Positions 1 to 8,415 of a stretch of DNA of 64,000 bases are shown piece by piece (the first letter of the stretch is position 1; every line of letters starts with the position of its first letter). The DNA lies in assembly GCA_036406955.1 (NCBI GenBank), contig DASXAF010000125.1:732-64731 (forward strand), read 5' to 3'. Source of the stretch: Casimicrobiaceae bacterium. Its GTDB lineage: Bacteria > Pseudomonadota > Gammaproteobacteria > Burkholderiales > Casimicrobiaceae. The position numbers were made by a program, and so were the translations under genes. A model generated the notes under the pieces. It did no database searches, was not told the DNA's origin, and worked only from the letters and a program-made list of their open reading frames with translations.

Positions 1-295
1 ACGTTCCGCGCTCGCGCGACTGCCGGTGGCGCTCCACGTCCTCGAACCGACGGGTCAGGCCGACGCCAAGCGACGCATTCTCGCGGGCCTCGATTACTCC
101 CGCACCGCCGCGATCGGCAATGGTCGCAACGATCGCGCGATGCTGGCCGACGCCGCGCTGTCGATCGCCGTGTGCGGCGCGGAAGGCTGCGCCGTCGAGG
201 CACTGAGCGCGGCGCACGTCGTGTGTCGTGACGCGTGCGAGGCGCTCGACCTCCTGCTGCTGCCGCGACGCCTGATCGCGACGCTTCGCGACTGA
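1..295 (+). CDS. HAD-superfamily phosphatase, C-terminal fragment (5' end outside window)
   Basis: The frame of ORF 26..295 stays open to the window edge. It has a HAD motif-III/IV-like stretch (AAIGNGRNDRAMLADAALSIAV) and high GC3. The family call rests on motif recall only. Confidence 0.55.
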   Translation, partial: RSALARLPVALHVLEPTGQADAKRRILAGLDYSRTAAIGNGRNDRAMLADAALSIAVCGAEGCAVEALSAAHVVCRDACEALDLLLLPRRLIATLRD

Positions 296-352
296 CTGGT
301 GCGCGAATGGGCTAGACTGTTCCGGTCAATCGAACATCGCGGGGGAAGCACC

Positions 353-1327
353 ATGGCGCAGGCGATCCGTATCCAGAAACCGGGTGGTCCGGAGGCGATG
401 TCGTTCGACACGGTGGACGTGCCGCCTCCCGGGCAAGGCGAAGTTCGCGTGCGCCACACGGCGATCGGCGTCAATTACATCGATACGTACCACCGCAGCG
501 GACAGTATCCGTTGCCGCTGCCGTCGGGAATCGGCACCGAGGCCGCGGGCGTGGTGGACGCGGTCGGAGCGGGGGTCGTCGATTTCCGGCGCGGCGACCG
601 CGTCGCCTATTGCACCACCGCGGTCGGCGCGTACAGCACCGAGCGCAACGTTCCGGCGGACAAGCTGGTGAAGGTCCCCGAAGGCGTCGACGATCGCGCG
701 GCGGCGAGCCTGATGCTCAAGGGCCTCACGGTGCAATACCTGTTCCGTCAGACGCATCGGCTGCAGCAAGGCGACACGATCCTGTTCCACGCCGCCGCCG
801 GCGGCGTCGGCCTCATCGCGTGCCAGTGGGCCCGCGCGCTCGGCGTGACGATGATCGGCACGGCGGGCTCGGACGAGAAGGCCGCGCTCGCGCGCGAGCA
901 CGGTTGCGCGCACACCATCGTCTACACGCGCGAGAACTTCGTCGAGCGCGTGAAGGCGCTCACCGACGGGAAGGGCGTGCCCGTGGTGTACGACGGTGTG
1001 GGCAAGGACACGTTTCCCGCGTCGCTCGATTGCCTGCAGCCGCGCGGCCTGTTCGTGAGCTTCGGCAGCGCGTCGGGTCCGATCGCGGCGTTCAACCTCG
1101 GCGTGCTCGCGCAGAAGGGCTCGCTGTACCTGACGCGCCCCACGCTGTTCACCTACGCATCGACGCCGGACAAGCTGCGTGCGATGGCGGCGGAGCTGTT
1201 CGCGCTCTTGCGCGAGGGCAAGATCAAGGCGGACATACGCCAGACCTTTCCGCTGCGCGACGCGGCCGAAGCGCATCGCGCGCTCGAATCGCGGAAAACC
1301 ACCGGCGCGACGATCCTGCTGCCCTAG
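353..1327 (+). CDS. qor: NADPH:quinone oxidoreductase (MDR/zeta-crystallin family)
   Basis: ORF 299..1327, with the start placed at ATG 353 (MAQAIRIQKPGGPEAM). Motifs seen: GVNYIDTYHRSGQYPLPLPSGIG and the Rossmann stretch AAAGGVGLIACQWA. The C-terminus KTTGATILLP is typical of Qor. Confidence 0.9.
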   Translation: MAQAIRIQKPGGPEAMSFDTVDVPPPGQGEVRVRHTAIGVNYIDTYHRSGQYPLPLPSGIGTEAAGVVDAVGAGVVDFRRGDRVAYCTTAVGAYSTERNVPADKLVKVPEGVDDRAAASLMLKGLTVQYLFRQTHRLQQGDTILFHAAAGGVGLIACQWARALGVTMIGTAGSDEKAALAREHGCAHTIVYTRENFVERVKALTDGKGVPVVYDGVGKDTFPASLDCLQPRGLFVSFGSASGPIAAFNLGVLAQKGSLYLTRPTLFTYASTPDKLRAMAAELFALLREGKIKADIRQTFPLRDAAEAHRALESRKTTGATILLP

Positions 1328-2784
1328 CGTCGGTTCAGCACGTCGCGCACCGCGTCCGCGATCTCCGAGGCTCGCACGCCGAGCGGCCCCACGCCGCGCG
1401 CAACCAGCGCATCGGCCGCAGCGCCATGCGCGCATACGCCGATGCGCAGCGCGTCGTGCGCTTCGACGCGTTGCGCGAGCAGCGCACCGACGACACCGGC
1501 AAGCACGTCGCCGGTGCCCCCGGTGGCGAGCGCGGGATTGCCGCTCGCGTTGATGTCGAACGTGCCGCCGGGATGGGCCAGCACGCTGCCGGCTCCCTTC
1601 ACGACGACGTGGGCGCGAAGCGAGTCGGCGAGCTTTCGCGCCGCGCCGAGGCGGTCGCCCTGCACGTCCGCGACGGCCGTCCCGAGCAGCCGCGAGGCCT
1701 CGGCCGGATGCGGCGTGATCACGGTCGCTGCGGTTCGTTGGCGCATCCGGTCGCGCAACGCTTCGTCGCGCGCAGCGAGATTCAGCGCGTCTGCATCGAG
1801 CACGACCGGCACGGCTTGCGTGATCGCGCGCTCGAGCAGGCTGCGCGCCGCATCGTCGGTGCCGAGGCCAGGACCGATGACGAGCGCATCGCTGCCCTCC
1901 AGTACATCGTCCGCGCGCCGCAACATGAGCTCCGGCGCATTCGTGTCCACCACGGGCGCATCGTCCGCGAGCAGGCCGACGAGCACCTTGCCGGCGCCGC
2001 CGGCCAGCGCGCCGCGTCCCGCGAGCAGCGCGGCGCCGACCATGCCGCGCGCTCCGCCGACGATCGCGAGCGTGCCGAACGTGCCCTTGTGCGCGGAACG
2101 TTGCGTGCGGCGCAGGACATCGGGCAACCGCGGCGCCAGCGCGCGCCAGTCGAGCCGCGTACCGTGAGCGCCATTCACCTCGACACCCAGCGTGTGCAGG
2201 GAGACCTCGCCCGCGTGATCGACGCCGTCGCCGGTCAGCAGCCCGGCCTTCCACGCGATGAATGTCGCCGTCCTGCGCGCATGCACGGCCGCGCCGAGCA
2301 CGCGACCGGTATCCGATTCGATACCGCTCGGGAGGTCGAGCGCGAGACACGGCGCATCCACGGCGTTGACCCAGTCGATCAGCTCGGCGTGCGGCGCCGC
2401 TGGCGCGCGCGTCAGGCCGAGCCCGAACAATCCGTCGACGGCGAGCGCCACGGGGCCCCCCGGCGGTGATGCCGCGATCGTGCCGTGCGACGCGACATAG
2501 GCGCGATGCGCGGCCGCCGCATCACGCGGAAGGCGCGCGGCATCGCCGCGAAACACCGTGGTGACGTCGAAGAACCGCTCGCGCAGGCGCCGCGCGACGA
2601 CGAACGCGTCGCCGCCATTGTTGCCCGGCCCGGCCAGGACGACGACATGGCCACGACGCTCGATCATCGCGGTTGCGACATCCGCGGCCGCTTCGCCCGC
2701 GCGCTCCATCAGGGGCTCGCTCGCGTAACGCGCTTCGAGCGCGCGCAGTTCCGCGGTGAGCAGGATGGGCTCGAGCTTCGGCAT
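1324..2784 (-). CDS. nnr: Bifunctional NAD(P)H-hydrate repair enzyme (epimerase/ADP-dependent dehydratase)
   Basis: ORF 1324..2985 trimmed to ATG 2784 (MPKLEPILLTAEL). It has the YjeF_N motif LAGPGNNGGDAFVVAR and the C-terminal kinase-fold motif GGTGDVLAGVVGALLAQ. Confidence 0.9.
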   Translation of the reverse strand: MPKLEPILLTAELRALEARYASEPLMERAGEAAADVATAMIERRGHVVVLAGPGNNGGDAFVVARRLRERFFDVTTVFRGDAARLPRDAAAAHRAYVASHGTIAASPPGGPVALAVDGLFGLGLTRAPAAPHAELIDWVNAVDAPCLALDLPSGIESDTGRVLGAAVHARRTATFIAWKAGLLTGDGVDHAGEVSLHTLGVEVNGAHGTRLDWRALAPRLPDVLRRTQRSAHKGTFGTLAIVGGARGMVGAALLAGRGALAGGAGKVLVGLLADDAPVVDTNAPELMLRRADDVLEGSDALVIGPGLGTDDAARSLLERAITQAVPVVLDADALNLAARDEALRDRMRQRTAATVITPHPAEASRLLGTAVADVQGDRLGAARKLADSLRAHVVVKGAGSVLAHPGGTFDINASGNPALATGGTGDVLAGVVGALLAQRVEAHDALRIGVCAHGAAADALVARGVGPLGVRASEIADAVRDVLNRR

Positions 2785-3007
2785 GGCGTCGTTTCGGCGA
2801 AGGGCACGGTCAGTGTAGCGAATCGTCGCCTGCGCTCGCTGCATGCCGCCGCCGTCCGGGCGCGGCTTCCCGCGGCGGGCAGCGAAGTGCGCTCCGGACG
2901 ACGCGCCGGGCGGTCTTGGACAAAACGTCCCCCGGCTGCTTACAATCCGCCCCTGCCCCGCCGTCGCAGGCGGGCTCCCACACAACCATTCCCGCGGAGG
3001 ACCCGCA

Positions 3008-3916
3008 ATGCGTCACAACCGCCTGACCGTAGCCCTCGCGCTGATCGCGCTCATCGCCCTGCCGGCCGCGGCACAGGAGCTCACGGGCACTCTGAAGAAG
3101 ATCAAGGACACCGGGGCGATCACCATCGGTCACCGCGACTCGTCGATCCCGTTCTCGTACTACGACGAGAACCAGAAGCCGGTCGGCTACGCCATGGACA
3201 TCTGCTACAAGATCGTGGACGCGGTGAAGCAGCAGCTCAACATGCCGAACCTGCAGGTGAAGCTGAACCCCGTCACGTCGGCGACGCGGATCCCGCTGAT
3301 GGCCAACGGCACGATCGACCTCGAGTGCGGCTCGACGACCAACAACGCCGAGCGCAAGCAGCAGGTCGACTTCGGCATGACGTACTTCGTGGTCAAGTAT
3401 CGCTACGTGACCAAGAAGTCGTCGGGCATGGACAAGATGACCGACATGAAGGGCAAGACGATCGTCTCGACGGCCGGCACGACCGACATCAAGGCGCTCA
3501 ACGAGCTCAACACGTCGCAGAGCTACGGCATGAACATCCTCTCGGCGAAGGACCATGCCGAGGCGTTCCTGATGGTGGAGACCGGCCGTGCCGCGGCGTT
3601 CCTGATGGACGACATCCTCCTCTCCGGGCTGGTCGCCAACTCGAAGAACCCGGGCGAGTTCCACATCTCCACGGACAGCCTCGGCCTCGAGCCCTACAGC
3701 CTGATGCTGCGCAAGGACGATCCGCAGTTCAAGAAGGTGGTCGACGACACGATGTCGAAGCTCTACACGAGCGGCGAGATCGAGAAGATCTACCACAAGT
3801 GGTTCGAGAGCCCGATCCCGCCCAAGGGCATCAACCTCCACGTGCCGATCAGCGACGCGCTGAAGAAGGTGTTCCAGCACCCGACGGACAACGCGGATCC
3901 GAAGGCGTACATGTAG
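3008..3916 (+). CDS. gltI: Glutamate/aspartate ABC transporter periplasmic binding protein
   Basis: ORF 2843..3916 trimmed to ATG 3008. The signal peptide is MRHNRLTVALALIALIALPAAAQE. It is colinear with E. coli GltI as I recall it (HRDSSIPFSYYD, ECGSTTNNAERK, SAKDHAEAF, MLRKDDPQFKK, WFESPIPPKGINL). Confidence 0.9.
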   Translation: MRHNRLTVALALIALIALPAAAQELTGTLKKIKDTGAITIGHRDSSIPFSYYDENQKPVGYAMDICYKIVDAVKQQLNMPNLQVKLNPVTSATRIPLMANGTIDLECGSTTNNAERKQQVDFGMTYFVVKYRYVTKKSSGMDKMTDMKGKTIVSTAGTTDIKALNELNTSQSYGMNILSAKDHAEAFLMVETGRAAAFLMDDILLSGLVANSKNPGEFHISTDSLGLEPYSLMLRKDDPQFKKVVDDTMSKLYTSGEIEKIYHKWFESPIPPKGINLHVPISDALKKVFQHPTDNADPKAYM

Positions 3917-4007
3917 CCGGCGGCGATCGTTCGGCCGCGGACGGGGGGCGTCGCGCCCCCCGTCGCGTATCGACGCGGGCAACGCGCACCAAGGAGGGTG
4001 ACGACGC

Positions 4008-4763
4008 GTGAACTACCACTGGAACTGGAAGATCTTCTGGGACATGTCGCCGACGGGTGACGGGACCTATCTCCACACGCTCTTCGTCGGACTCGGCTGG
4101 ACGCTCGCCACCGCGCTGGCCGCCTGGGTCATCGCGCTCGTGATCGGCTCGATCCTCGGCGTCATCCGGACCACGCCGGTGCGCTGGGCCGTGCGCCTCG
4201 GCAACGCGTACGTGGAGATCTTCCGCAACATCCCGCTGCTCGTGCAGATGTTCCTGTGGTTCTTCGTGCTGCCGGAGCTGCTGCCCGAGCGCCTCGGCAA
4301 TGCGATGAAGCAGATGCCGCCGCCGTGGGGGTCGTACGTGCCGGCGGTGCTGTGCCTGGGCTTCTTCACCGCAGCGCGCATCGCCGAGCAGGTCCGCGCC
4401 GGCATCCAGTCGCTGCCGCGCGGACAGCGCTTCGCAGGAACGGCAGTCGGGCTGAGGCTCCCGCAGGTGTATCGCTACGTGCTGATGCCGATGGGCTTCC
4501 GGATCATCCTGCCGCCGCTCACCTCCGAGTTCATGAACATCATCAAGAACTCCTCGGTGGCGCTGACCATCGGCCTGGTCGAGCTCACCGCCGCGGCGCG
4601 CTCGATGCAGGAGTTCAGCTTCCAGGTGTTCGAGGCGTTCACGGCGGCGACGATCATCTACATCGTGGTGAACATCATCGTCGTGACCGGCATGCGCTGG
4701 CTCGAGCGGCGTGTCGCGGTGCCCGGCTTCATCGGTCCGGCCCAAACCGGCGGCGGTCACTGA
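4008..4763 (+). CDS. gltJ: Glutamate/aspartate ABC transporter permease
   Basis: 251-aa ORF with a GTG start. It is a polytopic membrane protein with the EAA-loop-like stretch FTAARIAEQVRAGIQSLPRGQ and sits in gltIJKL order. Confidence 0.88.
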   Translation: MNYHWNWKIFWDMSPTGDGTYLHTLFVGLGWTLATALAAWVIALVIGSILGVIRTTPVRWAVRLGNAYVEIFRNIPLLVQMFLWFFVLPELLPERLGNAMKQMPPPWGSYVPAVLCLGFFTAARIAEQVRAGIQSLPRGQRFAGTAVGLRLPQVYRYVLMPMGFRIILPPLTSEFMNIIKNSSVALTIGLVELTAAARSMQEFSFQVFEAFTAATIIYIVVNIIVVTGMRWLERRVAVPGFIGPAQTGGGH

Positions 4764-4765
4764 AG

Positions 4766-5458
4766 ATGTTCAGCCAATTCGACTTCGGCGTCATCTCGCG
4801 CTCGCTGCCCTATCTGTTCAGGGAGGGCATGACGTTCACGCTGACGCTCACGGCGCTCGCGTGCCTGGGCGGCATCGTCTTCGGCACGCTGCTCGCGATG
4901 ATGCGCCTCGGCAAGTTCAAGCTGCTGGCTGCGATCGCCACGGCGTACGTCAACCTGATGCGCTCGGTTCCGCTGATCCTGGTGATCTTCTGGTTCTACT
5001 TCCTCGTGCCGTACATCGGCGCCGCGCTCACGGGCTCGGAGCGTCCGGTGCAGGTCGGCGCGTTCCTGTCCTCGGTCATCACCTTCACGATGTTCGAGGC
5101 GGCGTACTACTCGGAGATCATGCGCGCGGGCATCCAGTCGGTGGCGCGCGGGCAGGCATGGGCGGGCTACGCGCTCGGGCTCACCTACGGCCAGACGATG
5201 GCCAAGATCGTGCTGCCGCAGGCATTCCGCAACATGCTGCCCATCCTGCTCACGCAGACGATCATCCTCTTCCAGGACACGTCGCTCGTGTACGTGCTGT
5301 CCATCACGGACTTCCTCGGCGCGGCGTCGAAGATCGCGCAGCGCGACGGACGCCTGGTGGAGATGTACACGTTCGTCGCGGTCGTCTACTTCGTCATCTG
5401 CTTCTTCGGCTCGCTTCTGGTGAAGCGGCTGCAGCAGAGGATCGCCATCATTCGCTGA
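4766..5458 (+). CDS. gltK: Glutamate/aspartate ABC transporter permease
   Basis: This is the in-frame tail of ORF 4256..5458, starting at ATG 4766, 2 nt after the gltJ stop (MFSQFDFGVISRSLPYLF). EAA loop: EAAYYSEIMRAGIQSVARGQ. Confidence 0.88.
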   Translation: MFSQFDFGVISRSLPYLFREGMTFTLTLTALACLGGIVFGTLLAMMRLGKFKLLAAIATAYVNLMRSVPLILVIFWFYFLVPYIGAALTGSERPVQVGAFLSSVITFTMFEAAYYSEIMRAGIQSVARGQAWAGYALGLTYGQTMAKIVLPQAFRNMLPILLTQTIILFQDTSLVYVLSITDFLGAASKIAQRDGRLVEMYTFVAVVYFVICFFGSLLVKRLQQRIAIIR

Positions 5459-5470
5459 TCGGGACCCGCC

Positions 5471-6205
5471 ATGCCCATGATCGACATCAACAACGTGTCC
5501 AAGTGGTACGGCACCTTCCAGGTGCTGACCGACTGCTCGACGGCCGTGAACAAGGGCGAGGTGATCGTCGTGTGCGGCCCTTCGGGCTCGGGCAAGTCCA
5601 CGCTGATCAAGACGGTCAACGCGCTCGAGCCGTTCCAGAAGGGCGATATCGTCGTCGACGGCATCAAGGTGAACGACCCCAAGACCAACCTGCCGAAGCT
5701 GCGCTCGCGCGTGGGCATGGTGTTCCAGCACTTCGAGCTGTTCCCGCACCTCACCGTCACCGAGAACCTGACGCTGGGTCAGATCAAGGTGCTCCGCCGC
5801 AAGCCCGAGGAAGCGCGCGAGCGCGGCCTGAAGCTGCTCGACCGCGTCGGCCTGTCGGCGCACAAGGACAAGTTCCCCGGCCAGCTTTCCGGCGGCCAGC
5901 AGCAGCGCGTCGCGATCGCGCGCGCGCTGTCCATGGATCCCATCTGCATGCTGTTCGACGAGCCGACGTCCGCCCTGGACCCCGAGATGATCAACGAGGT
6001 GCTGGACGTCATGGTCGAGCTCGCGAAGGAGGGCATGACCATGATGGTGGTGACGCACGAGATGGGCTTCGCGCACAAGGTCGCCCACCGCGTCATCTTC
6101 ATGGACCGCGGCCAGATCGTCGAGGACGCCACCAAGGACGACTTCTTCGGCAAGCCGCGCTCCGAGCGCGCGCAGCAGTTCCTCGCCAAGATCCTGCACC
6201 ACTGA
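5471..6205 (+). CDS. gltL: Glutamate/aspartate ABC transporter ATP-binding protein
   Basis: Walker [13 protein letters not shown] signature [15 protein letters not shown], Walker [13 protein letters not shown]-loop VVTHEMGFA. Confidence 0.93.
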   Translation: MPMIDINNVSKWYGTFQVLTDCSTAVNKGEVIVVCGPSGSGKSTLIKTVNALEPFQKGDIVVDGIKVNDPKTNLPKLRSRVGMVFQHFELFPHLTVTENLTLGQIKVLRRKPEEARERGLKLLDRVGLSAHKDKFPGQLSGGQQQRVAIARALSMDPICMLFDEPTSALDPEMINEVLDVMVELAKEGMTMMVVTHEMGFAHKVAHRVIFMDRGQIVEDATKDDFFGKPRSERAQQFLAKILHH

Positions 6206-6289
6206 CCGCCGTTCGCAGCGCGAACCGGTATCCGCGACGCGGCTCGCGGGTATAACATCGGCCTCAGTCGAGGCGGGTGTTCGAAAGAG

Positions 6290-8404
6290 ATGCGTGCGGC
6301 CGGGTCCGCGCTGATTCGCTACGGTGTGGCCATCGCGGCCTTGGCCGTCGCATGGGGCGTGCGTGCGATGTTCACGCCGCTCGTCGGCCCCGAGGGCCTG
6401 CCGTTCGTCTTCTTCTATCCGGCGGTGGTGCTCGCCGCGCTCGTCGGCGGCCTGGGCCCCGCCGCGCTCGCGATCGCCGCGTCGGCCGTCATCGCGCACG
6501 GCATGTTCTTCGAGGCCGAGCGCAGCCTCATGGCCGCCGATCCGGCGGCGCTCATCTCGCTGCTGAGCTACGTGTTCGCGGCCGGTTGCGTCGCGGTCAC
6601 CGTGGAGGCCATGCATCGCGCGCACGCGCGCGCCGCCGGCGAGCTCGAGCGTCGCGTGCGCTCCGAGGCGTCGCTGCGCCAGCGCGCGGAAGCCCAGGCG
6701 CGCGCCGAGGAATCGGTGGCGGAGTTCGGGCGCCAGCAGGCCGCGCTGTATGCGTTCACCGACCGGCTCTATCGCGCCGGAACGCTGGCGGAGGTGTACG
6801 CTGCGGCGCTCGACGCGATCCAGCACGCGCTGCACCGCGATCGCGCTTCCATTCTGCTGGCCGACGACGCCGGCGTGATGCGCTTCGTGGCATGGCGAGG
6901 CTTGTCCGACGCGTATCGCCTGGCGGTCGACGGCCATTCGCCGTGGCGGCGCGACGCACGCAACCCGCAGCCCATCGTGGTGTCCGACATCGCGGCCGCC
7001 GACCTCGAGCCCGCGCTGAAGGCGGTGGTTCGTGCCGAAGGCATCGGTGCGCTCTGCTTCATCCCGCTGGTGGTGGACGGCGCGTTGATCGGCAAGTTCA
7101 TGACCTATTACGACGGCCCGCATCCCTGCAGCGCCGACGAGATCGCCCTCGCGCTCAGCATCGCGCGGCAGCTCGCGTTCGGCGTGGCGCGCAAGCGCAC
7201 CGACCGCACGCTGCGCGAGACGCAGGAGCGGCTGCTGCATCGCGAGCAGGCGCTGCGGCATTCGGCCGAGGAGGCGAACCGCCTCAAGGACGAGTTCCTC
7301 GCCACGCTGTCGCACGAGCTGCGCAACCCGCTGCACGTGATGCTGAACTACGCCGAGGTGCTGTCGCGGTGGGAGCACGCGCATCCCGCGCCGGAGCTGC
7401 GCCAGATCGCCGAAGTGCTGAAGCGGAGCGCGCTCGCGCAGTCCCATCTCACCGGTGACCTGCTCGACCTGTCGCGGCTGCGCAGTGGCAAGCTCACGCT
7501 CAGCCGCGAAACGGTGCGCCTGCGCAGCGCGATCGACCACGCGATCGAGACCGTCCGGGGCGAGGCGGCCCGCAAGCGCGTGGCGCTGGACGTCGAAGTC
7601 GAGCCGGACCTCACGGTCGACGGCGACGCCCTGCGCATCGAGCAGATCGTGTGGAACCTCTTGAGCAACGCGGTGAAATTCACGCCGGCCGGCGGGCGCG
7701 TGAGCCTTCGCGCGTTCGCGCGCGACGACGGCATCTCGATCGTCGTTTCGGACACCGGCCAGGGCATTGAAACCGACTTCCTGCCGCACGTGTTCGAGAT
7801 GTTCCGCCAGGCCGATGCGAGCTACAGCCGTCCGCAGCGCGGCCTGGGCATCGGGCTCGCGCTGGTGAAGCAGCTCGTGGAGCTCCACGGCGGCTCGATC
7901 ACCGCGGATTCGGAAGGCCCGGGCCGCGGCGCGCGCTTCACGGTGCGTCTGCCGCCCGGTCGTGGCGGGCCCGCGACGGTCGCGCCGCACATGGACGTGC
8001 GACGCGGCGCGCTGCACGCGATGCGCGTGCTGGTGGTCGACGATTCCGCCGACACCACCGCGGTGGTCAGCCAGCTCCTTGCGCTCGACGGCGCCTCGGT
8101 CGTGGCCGCGAACAGCGGAATGGAAGCCCTCGAGCGCGCGTCGGGCCAGCGGTTCGACGTCGTGCTGTCCGACATCTCGATGCCCGGCATGGACGGCTTC
8201 GAGTTCGTGCGGCGGCTGCGCGCGCTCCCGGGTTGCGAGCACGTCCCGGTGCTCGCGCTCACGGGGTTCGGACGGCCGGAGGACCTTGAGCGGGCGCGCG
8301 ACGAGGGCTTCGTGTCGCACCTCACCAAGCCGGTCGACGTCAACCTGCTGGTCGATCTTCTGCGCACGCTCGTCATGCGCAACGGCGAAGCGCGCGCGAC
8401 GTGA
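6290..8404 (+). CDS. Hybrid sensor histidine kinase (membrane DUF4118-like N-terminus, GAF, HisKA/HATPase, C-terminal receiver)
   Basis: 704-aa ORF with a hydrophobic N-terminus. It has a GAF-like block (RASILLADDAGVMRFVAWRGLS...FIPLVVDGALIGKFMTYY), the H-box LSHELRNPL, the G-boxes DTGQGI and GLGIGLAL, and a receiver (VLVVDDSADT...VLSDISMPGMDG...TKP). Confidence 0.88.
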   Translation: MRAAGSALIRYGVAIAALAVAWGVRAMFTPLVGPEGLPFVFFYPAVVLAALVGGLGPAALAIAASAVIAHGMFFEAERSLMAADPAALISLLSYVFAAGCVAVTVEAMHRAHARAAGELERRVRSEASLRQRAEAQARAEESVAEFGRQQAALYAFTDRLYRAGTLAEVYAAALDAIQHALHRDRASILLADDAGVMRFVAWRGLSDAYRLAVDGHSPWRRDARNPQPIVVSDIAAADLEPALKAVVRAEGIGALCFIPLVVDGALIGKFMTYYDGPHPCSADEIALALSIARQLAFGVARKRTDRTLRETQERLLHREQALRHSAEEANRLKDEFLATLSHELRNPLHVMLNYAEVLSRWEHAHPAPELRQIAEVLKRSALAQSHLTGDLLDLSRLRSGKLTLSRETVRLRSAIDHAIETVRGEAARKRVALDVEVEPDLTVDGDALRIEQIVWNLLSNAVKFTPAGGRVSLRAFARDDGISIVVSDTGQGIETDFLPHVFEMFRQADASYSRPQRGLGIGLALVKQLVELHGGSITADSEGPGRGARFTVRLPPGRGGPATVAPHMDVRRGALHAMRVLVVDDSADTTAVVSQLLALDGASVVAANSGMEALERASGQRFDVVLSDISMPGMDGFEFVRRLRALPGCEHVPVLALTGFGRPEDLERARDEGFVSHLTKPVDVNLLVDLLRTLVMRNGEARAT

Positions 8405-8415
8405 TCAGCTGACCT

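Noticed and set aside
4757-8320. 1187-aa minus-strand ORF spanning gltK, gltL and the hybrid kinase. The 514-aa (+) ORF 4711..6255 and the 400-aa (+) ORF 4256..5458 N-terminal part are similar cases.
   Set aside because: It lies antisense or out of frame to genes with unmistakable ABC and kinase motifs. Its translation is Arg/Ala/Gly/His-rich low-complexity sequence, typical of stop-codon-poor alternative frames in roughly 70% GC DNA.
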